Below are positions 26,262-31,559 of a DNA stretch of 31,559 bases, piece after piece. Numbering within the stretch: position 1 is the stretch's first letter; each line of letters opens with the position of its first letter. The stretch spans positions 1-31,559 of the IMG/VR virus record IMGVR_UViG_3300031848_001226. One strand, written 5' to 3'. A program made the translations under genes and the position numbers. The stretch is from a virus (lineage: Duplodnaviria; Caudoviricetes). Under the pieces are notes generated by a model that saw only the letters and a list, made by a program, of their open reading frames with translations, was not told the origin of the DNA and searched no databases.

Positions 26262-29200
26262 CTACAGATTAATATAACCAAATATACTGCTTCCGCCACC
26301 ACCGCCACCAACAACAGATGCTAATGTGTTAAGACTCATTTTTCTCAGTCTTCCACTAGTTCCACTATATATCATCATGCTTTCTTGTGCAGCGACAAAT
26401 GAGTCAATACCCACTTCATCTAATCCAGTAATATGTCTTTTATGTAATCTAAGTCCGCCCTTTGTTCCATAAGCAGAATCCCATACCGCATCACCAAAGC
26501 TATCGGCATTATCTTTAAAGTGTTTATACCATTCAGTTTCTGACGGACCAGTGTATGTAAACACACCACTAGCAGAATCATATGCCATCGATCCATCGCC
26601 ACCAGCATCTGTTAATGATAAGTGAGTTCGAGTTTCTAATGCAGAAGGACCTGTATATGATATAACACCTGTTGCGGCATTATATGACATGGATCCGTCA
26701 CCACCATTATCGGTAACGGAAATGTGTGCCCGAGCTTCGGCAGGACTAGGTCCCGTGTACGTCATTGCACCTGAAGCGGAATCATATACGAATGATCCGT
26801 CACCGCCAGCATCTGTTACCGTAATACTTGATCGTGCACGGCCATTTGTGAAATATAGATTACTGCCTTCTGCCAAACCTGTTGTACTGTGGTTTGATAT
26901 ATCGGATACTTGACCAGTTACGTTTCCTGTAACATTACCTGTTACATCACCGTAAAAACTATCTGCTTGGATATTGCGATTGAATACAAATCTTTGTGTA
27001 GAATGGGCATATGTAAACGTAGGTTTGTCTACAATGTTTGTTCCGCCGATAGTTAATCCAGCGCCGTTGAGGGCAGATGAATCTGCTGCACTATCAGCTA
27101 ATACAATGTTCTTATCATTAAGACTTATTGCAGTAGAATTAATAGTTGTTTGTACACCTTCGACTTGAAGGTTACCAAGAATTCTTACTGTACCAGTTGC
27201 ATCGCCGTGGGCGGCCGGATCAATAATAAAATCTGCAGGGCCTCGTAACGTGCCGGTCTGTATTATATTATTAAAAGTAACATTACTGGTTGAGTCTAGC
27301 GCTTGATTTGTAGATATAGTACCAGTACTAGCATTATATGTTAAACTCTGACCAGCATTGATATATGATCTAATAGTAGCAGTAGAAGTTGTATCACCTA
27401 GAGCACTATCAAATCGGGCTCGTGTATAGTATTGATTAGAACCTTCTGACAATGTCGATGTTGTAAATGGATCGAGTGTTACTTTGTTATAAAAGTTTCC
27501 TGCACCTGTGACGATGGTTTGCTGACCAGTTGACGAGTCAAACGTAAAGTTGGAAACTGCTGCAATAGTAAGAGTGCCGATACTATCGATTTGACCTAAT
27601 GAATCCACTGACAATCGAACTGCTTCTGTTGCAGATCCATATGTGCCTGCAGTTACACCTGAAGATGTAATTCGATATATGCCATTAGTATTATCGTAGG
27701 ATAATCCAGGACCAGCAGAAAGAATACCTTTCATTTCCGCAGAGTCAGGTAGTGCGTCAATAAGTTTGTTTATTGAGTCAATTGTCTTACCAGTCATATC
27801 ACCCGGAATATACAAACCAGTATTTGTAGCAAAGTAATCATTAGCTACGCTATAAGCAAAATATTTCGCATTTGACCCGCCACCAATCTGAAAACCACCA
27901 GCTTGGTAGTTAGTAGTATTACTATCATCAACCGCAAAAATAATTCTATTGTCTGTTGTATGAAGAAACTGAGTGTCGAGTAGGATACGCTCTGATGTAC
28001 CTTTTAAAGTAATAGCTTTACCAGTAATAGTAATATTACTTGAGTCCGTCAATGAGCTTATTGTACCGACATTTAACTTAGTGTTGGCATTAACTATACC
28101 TGAAGTTAATTGACCTGTAACAATACTACCAGTTACAATATTTGCAGAGCTGTCAAGTCTAAATGTGCCGGTTGATTGATTATAGTCTAATCCTAATCCA
28201 CCGCTAAAGTGCGCTCGTGCTTCAGTAGGACTAGGGCCGGTATATGTAAACACACCGCCTGATTCAAAGTATGTAAATGAGCCATCTCCACCAGCGTCAA
28301 CAGCACTTACCTTTGCGCGTAGTCCTAAATCCGATGGACCGGTATAAGCAAACACACCTGTAGCTTGATTGTACGCAAGCGATGTTCCACCTTGGTTATC
28401 TGAAGTAACACTGAATAGAGCTCTGACACTATCATCTTCTAACTTAAGTGTAAACTGACCTTTACTAGAATCAAGAGTAAGTTTACCCATTGATAGGGGA
28501 TCAGTCCTAGCCGATAATGTTCCAGCAATATCAGTATCACTTGGTCCTGTATATGTAACTTGACCTGTGCCTTGATTGTACGCAAGCGATCCTAGACCAC
28601 CAGCATCAACAAAACTCATTGAATTACGAATATCAGAATCACGTGTGCCAAATATTACTACTTCGCCAGTTGCTTGATTAAACGTTACTGTTCCATATTC
28701 ATTGACATTATTAATTGAGTCTGCATCATGTCTAAAGCTAATAGCATGACGTGCATCTGAGTCTTGGTAATGTGCACCTGTTGTGATACTAAATTGACCA
28801 GTACCAGAATTATATGCTAGATCACCGGATGCAGATAACAACCCACGAATGTCAGCGTCTGTTCGTTTAGAATAACTAAATTGGCCTGTTGTCTGATTGT
28901 ATGCCAAATCACCGGAGGCAGACAAAGATCCTCTTATGTCAGAGTCTGTAACCTTTGTAAAGGCAAATTGTCCGGCAGCAGCATTATAAGCAAGTGAACC
29001 ATAATCACCGGCGTCGTTTGTAACAGAAAATAGTGCTCGAGTAACTGCAGAATCAGTTACATCCACCGATCCGAGATCAACAGAAAATACACCAGTACCA
29101 GTATCGTAACCAAGGTCGCCAGAGACATTAAAAAGCCCTCGTATTTGTGCATCAGTCTTTTGTGTAAAGTTAATAACACCAGTATTTTGATTGTATGTAA

Positions 29201-30089
29201 TATCACCAGTTGCACTAATCAAGCCGCGTGTAGAGGAATCAGAGGCGCCTGTATATGTTATTTGTCCAGTTGCATTACTATATGCAAGTGAACCTGCACC
29301 ACCTGCATCGACAACACTTATCGATTTGCGTGCATTAGCCGAATCAAAAGTTCCGCCAAGTGAACCTGTAAATGTAATTTTGCCTGACGCAGAATCATAT
29401 GCTAAGTTCGCACCAACATTAATTCCGGATCTTATATCAGCAAGACTTGGGCCGGTGTAGGTTAATATACCTGTCGGAGCATTATACGCAAGTGAACCAT
29501 ATCCGCCTGCATCGTTAACAGAAATAGATGCTCGCCCACGAGAGTCAGTATAATATAGATTAGAACCTTCTGACAAGTTTGTTGTAGACTTGGCATTAAA
29601 ATTACTGTCAAATCCAGCCGATCCGCTTGGGACCGTAACAGAGAATTGGCCAGTAGCAGCATTATATTGTAAATCGTTACCAGCACTGAATTGACTACGA
29701 ATTTGTGCAGGCGTTACACCTGTTAATCGTGTTGTTCCACCAGTTTTAACAAGTGTTCCTAGTGCACTGCTGTCGTACGTAACATTGAAAAGAGCTCGAA
29801 CACTATCAACACTTGGTCCAGCATATGTAAGCGTACCACCGGTTTCTGACAATGAGCCCATGCCAGATGCAGAAACTGTTAGACCATCAGAGGTAAGCGT
29901 AGCAGGCGAGACGTGTATAAATTTTCCGGCAGCAGAATCGTATTGTAGTATTGTATCGTGTGCACGATTGATTACGCCATTAACATCATCTAACCCGGTA
30001 AGACTACCGTTTGCTGCGGAACCAATTTTTAGTGGTGTTCCGACAGTAACTTTTTTTACGATGGTATTCGTTCCGATAACGACCTTCAT
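26262..30089 (-). CDS. Large repetitive fibre protein (1275 aa)
   Basis: Many repeats of DAGG.GS..Y....G..TYTGPS....R and S.SGDL.YN..TG.FS; three T..L.EGSN.Y.T motifs; GDVTGNVTGNVTG. Confidence 0.8.
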   Translation of the reverse strand: MKVVIGTNTIVKKVTVGTPLKIGSAANGSLTGLDDVNGVINRAHDTILQYDSAAGKFIHVSPATLTSDGLTVSASGMGSLSETGGTLTYAGPSVDSVRALFNVTYDSSALGTLVKTGGTTRLTGVTPAQIRSQFSAGNDLQYNAATGQFSVTVPSGSAGFDSNFNAKSTTNLSEGSNLYYTDSRGRASISVNDAGGYGSLAYNAPTGILTYTGPSLADIRSGINVGANLAYDSASGKITFTGSLGGTFDSANARKSISVVDAGGAGSLAYSNATGQITYTGASDSSTRGLISATGDITYNQNTGVINFTQKTDAQIRGLFNVSGDLGYDTGTGVFSVDLGSVDVTDSAVTRALFSVTNDAGDYGSLAYNAAAGQFAFTKVTDSDIRGSLSASGDLAYNQTTGQFSYSKRTDADIRGLLSASGDLAYNSGTGQFSITTGAHYQDSDARHAISFRHDADSINNVNEYGTVTFNQATGEVVIFGTRDSDIRNSMSFVDAGGLGSLAYNQGTGQVTYTGPSDTDIAGTLSARTDPLSMGKLTLDSSKGQFTLKLEDDSVRALFSVTSDNQGGTSLAYNQATGVFAYTGPSDLGLRAKVSAVDAGGDGSFTYFESGGVFTYTGPSPTEARAHFSGGLGLDYNQSTGTFRLDSSANIVTGSIVTGQLTSGIVNANTKLNVGTISSLTDSSNITITGKAITLKGTSERILLDTQFLHTTDNRIIFAVDDSNTTNYQAGGFQIGGGSNAKYFAYSVANDYFATNTGLYIPGDMTGKTIDSINKLIDALPDSAEMKGILSAGPGLSYDNTNGIYRITSSGVTAGTYGSATEAVRLSVDSLGQIDSIGTLTIAAVSNFTFDSSTGQQTIVTGAGNFYNKVTLDPFTTSTLSEGSNQYYTRARFDSALGDTTSTATIRSYINAGQSLTYNASTGTISTNQALDSTSNVTFNNIIQTGTLRGPADFIIDPAAHGDATGTVRILGNLQVEGVQTTINSTAISLNDKNIVLADSAADSSALNGAGLTIGGTNIVDKPTFTYAHSTQRFVFNRNIQADSFYGDVTGNVTGNVTGQVSDISNHSTTGLAEGSNLYFTNGRARSSITVTDAGGDGSFVYDSASGAMTYTGPSPAEARAHISVTDNGGDGSMSYNAATGVISYTGPSALETRTHLSLTDAGGDGSMAYDSASGVFTYTGPSETEWYKHFKDNADSFGDAVWDSAYGTKGGLRLHKRHITGLDEVGIDSFVAAQESMMIYSGTSGRLRKMSLNTLASVVGGGGGGSSIFGYINL

Positions 30090-30104
30090 GAGAATTCCTT
30101 AAAG

Positions 30105-30449
30105 TTATGTTACGGACGGCGTAACTTCAATTGTGCCTTCAAGGACTCTTTCTACGACAGTGTTTGAACCACTGTCTACAAAAGAAATCTCAACATCGTA
30201 TACGTATCTACTGGCTTTTAGAGCATTTGTTTGCACATTCGTTAGGCTTAAATTTACGACACCAGATGTTGCGGGCGACTGGATCTCAGTTGTAAATGCT
30301 GTCGAAGTCGCTGAACTGTAGGTTTTTTTAACCTTACCTGCAACAGTATAGTTTGTAAGATTCTTCGGGTTGCCACTAGTGTCTTCCAGTTCTAACTGAA
30401 CTGTTACATCAGTACCTTTATCGATTTGAAGTTCTTCATATTGTGCCAT
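30105..30449 (-). CDS. Baseplate-associated Ig-like structural protein (BppU-N-like)
   Basis: I..G.D.....D..G.P.NLT.YT...K..G.V.LSLT..QT..L...RYVYDVEI...RVLEG...V.P.VT. Confidence 0.72.
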   Translation of the reverse strand: MAQYEELQIDKGTDVTVQLELEDTSGNPKNLTNYTVAGKVKKTYSSATSTAFTTEIQSPATSGVVNLSLTNVQTNALKASRYVYDVEISFVDSGSNTVVERVLEGTIEVTPSVT

Positions 30450-30471
30450 TGGATATATGCTCTTTGCTAAA

Positions 30472-31362
30472 CTACTTACCCTTATTTATACCTTTTATCC
30501 ACTGCATTTTTTTATTGATGAAGTGATAAAGCTTAGCTTTAGGATTCATTTGACTTGGTTGACTTATCAACTCATCAACTAGGTAATGCCATAAATTATC
30601 CATGTATTGCACTTTAACATCGCGTGACTTAATATAATAACTAAACACCGTTTCATTATCATAATTAAATATACGCTGAATGTTTTTTGGATACATTGAA
30701 AACTCATCATGCTTAATATTTGTCATGAGATTAATAGTATTATCGAAATCTTTAAAATAATCTAGTCTCTTAATTACTTCACTTGACCCGGCCATAATTC
30801 CGGTATTAAACACATCATTTTCACCGTCTAAACCTTCTTCAAAAAGCATAGCATGGGTGTTCCAATATTTTGAAGCTGGATTTCTAATACACAAATTATA
30901 TTTAGCAGACGCCATTGATTTGCCCCTTGCAGCCAATCTATTAGAATTGGCTACAGCAAACCTATTGTCTACATCATGAGCATCAAATATAGATTCTGTT
31001 GTGTTAGGTACAACGTCAAAATCCATATATGCAACGTAATCATATTCATTAGCTAGAGCCCTCATGCGACTGTGCTTATAGAAGTTTACTATATCATACT
31101 CACTGATCTCTGTAAACCTATTTTTTATATCATCAAAAAATTCTTTGTATGTACTATCATATTGGTATAGTATATAGTCAGCACCAATATCATTGGCGTA
31201 CTGGCGCTGACGTTCTGTAACTAGATCTGCATTAGACAACAAAGACATTTTAGTCTGGTGACTTTTATCAGTTGTTACCAGTTTTCCATCTTCATACCAT
31301 CCAGGATTATCTAATCTCTCTTCTGGTATGTCAATGAAAATACTAAATACTACTTTAGCCAT
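30472..31362 (-). CDS. GT-A fold glycosyltransferase-like protein
   Basis: YK......EYD.VAYMDFDVV (DxD), VFNTGIM, YDNETVFSY, C-terminal H.INK. Confidence 0.68.
   Translation of the reverse strand: MAKVVFSIFIDIPEERLDNPGWYEDGKLVTTDKSHQTKMSLLSNADLVTERQRQYANDIGADYILYQYDSTYKEFFDDIKNRFTEISEYDIVNFYKHSRMRALANEYDYVAYMDFDVVPNTTESIFDAHDVDNRFAVANSNRLAARGKSMASAKYNLCIRNPASKYWNTHAMLFEEGLDGENDVFNTGIMAGSSEVIKRLDYFKDFDNTINLMTNIKHDEFSMYPKNIQRIFNYDNETVFSYYIKSRDVKVQYMDNLWHYLVDELISQPSQMNPKAKLYHFINKKMQWIKGINKGK
30483..30490 (-). promoter_or_regulatory. T4-type late promoter TATAAATA within the end of the GT-A gene
   Basis: Exact motif, 33 nt upstream of the 30449 start. Confidence 0.75.
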
Positions 31363-31559
31363 GCAATCTTTTTACCTTTTTCAACTCGGTTATCATGTTC
31401 TTCATGCGAACCTGGAAATCTCCAAGCCCATATAGCACAAAGTGCCATTGCTCCACCGCTCCATAGTACAGCTTTAGGATTACCTGTAGTAAACCAAAGT
31501 ACTGCTACACTTGAACTCATTGTTACAAGCATAAAGTATTTGAACTTGGTAGGGAAGAC
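31350..31559 (-). CDS. C-terminal part of a membrane protein, DUF454/YbaN-like (5'-truncated)
   Basis: Frame is open to the window edge: VFPTKFKYFMLVTMSSS..., two TM segments ending WR.P. The P.K.K.....M..S pattern resembles YbaN. Confidence 0.5.
   Translation of the reverse strand, partial: VFPTKFKYFMLVTMSSSVAVLWFTTGNPKAVLWSGGAMALCAIWAWRFPGSHEEHDNRVEKGKKIAWLK

Noticed and set aside
1-31559. tRNA, rRNA or mobile elements
   Set aside because: Intergenic gaps are short and no cloverleaf, transposase, integrase or homing endonuclease motifs were recognised.

Overview
Segment of a T4-like myovirus genome, most likely from an aquatic/marine alphaproteobacterial host, because it carries the C4/Shemin ALA synthase hemA. 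The minus strand carries the late virion module. In transcription order it runs from a glycosyltransferase through two giant tail-fibre-like proteins, six tandem Cys/Gly-rich paralogues, a GT9-like heptosyltransferase and a full-length carbamoyltransferase; further on come neck/tail gp13-gp14-gp15 and terminase gp16-gp17. Between these blocks lies an accessory island (about 4.0-11.4 kb) with an NDP-heptose pathway (split HldC/HldA, HldD, GmhB and a cupin, but no GmhA), an N-domain-only carbamoyltransferase, a hemA/hemO/pcyX heme-to-bilin cassette and two small promoter-driven ORFs. Main observations: (1) the putative virion proteins are strongly enriched in Asp-Ser, next to a heptose donor pathway and transferases, suggesting a phage-encoded virion O-heptosylation system (inference); (2) the six Cys-rich paralogues form an ABC-ABC duplicated triplet, with a 39-bp identical tract and late promoters embedded in their stop regions; (3) hemO-pcyX sits behind a T4 late promoter; (4) an almost G-free ORF is flanked by 27-bp direct repeats and a 16-bp perfect inverted repeat. 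All calls come from motif recognition and hand counts; no searches were run.
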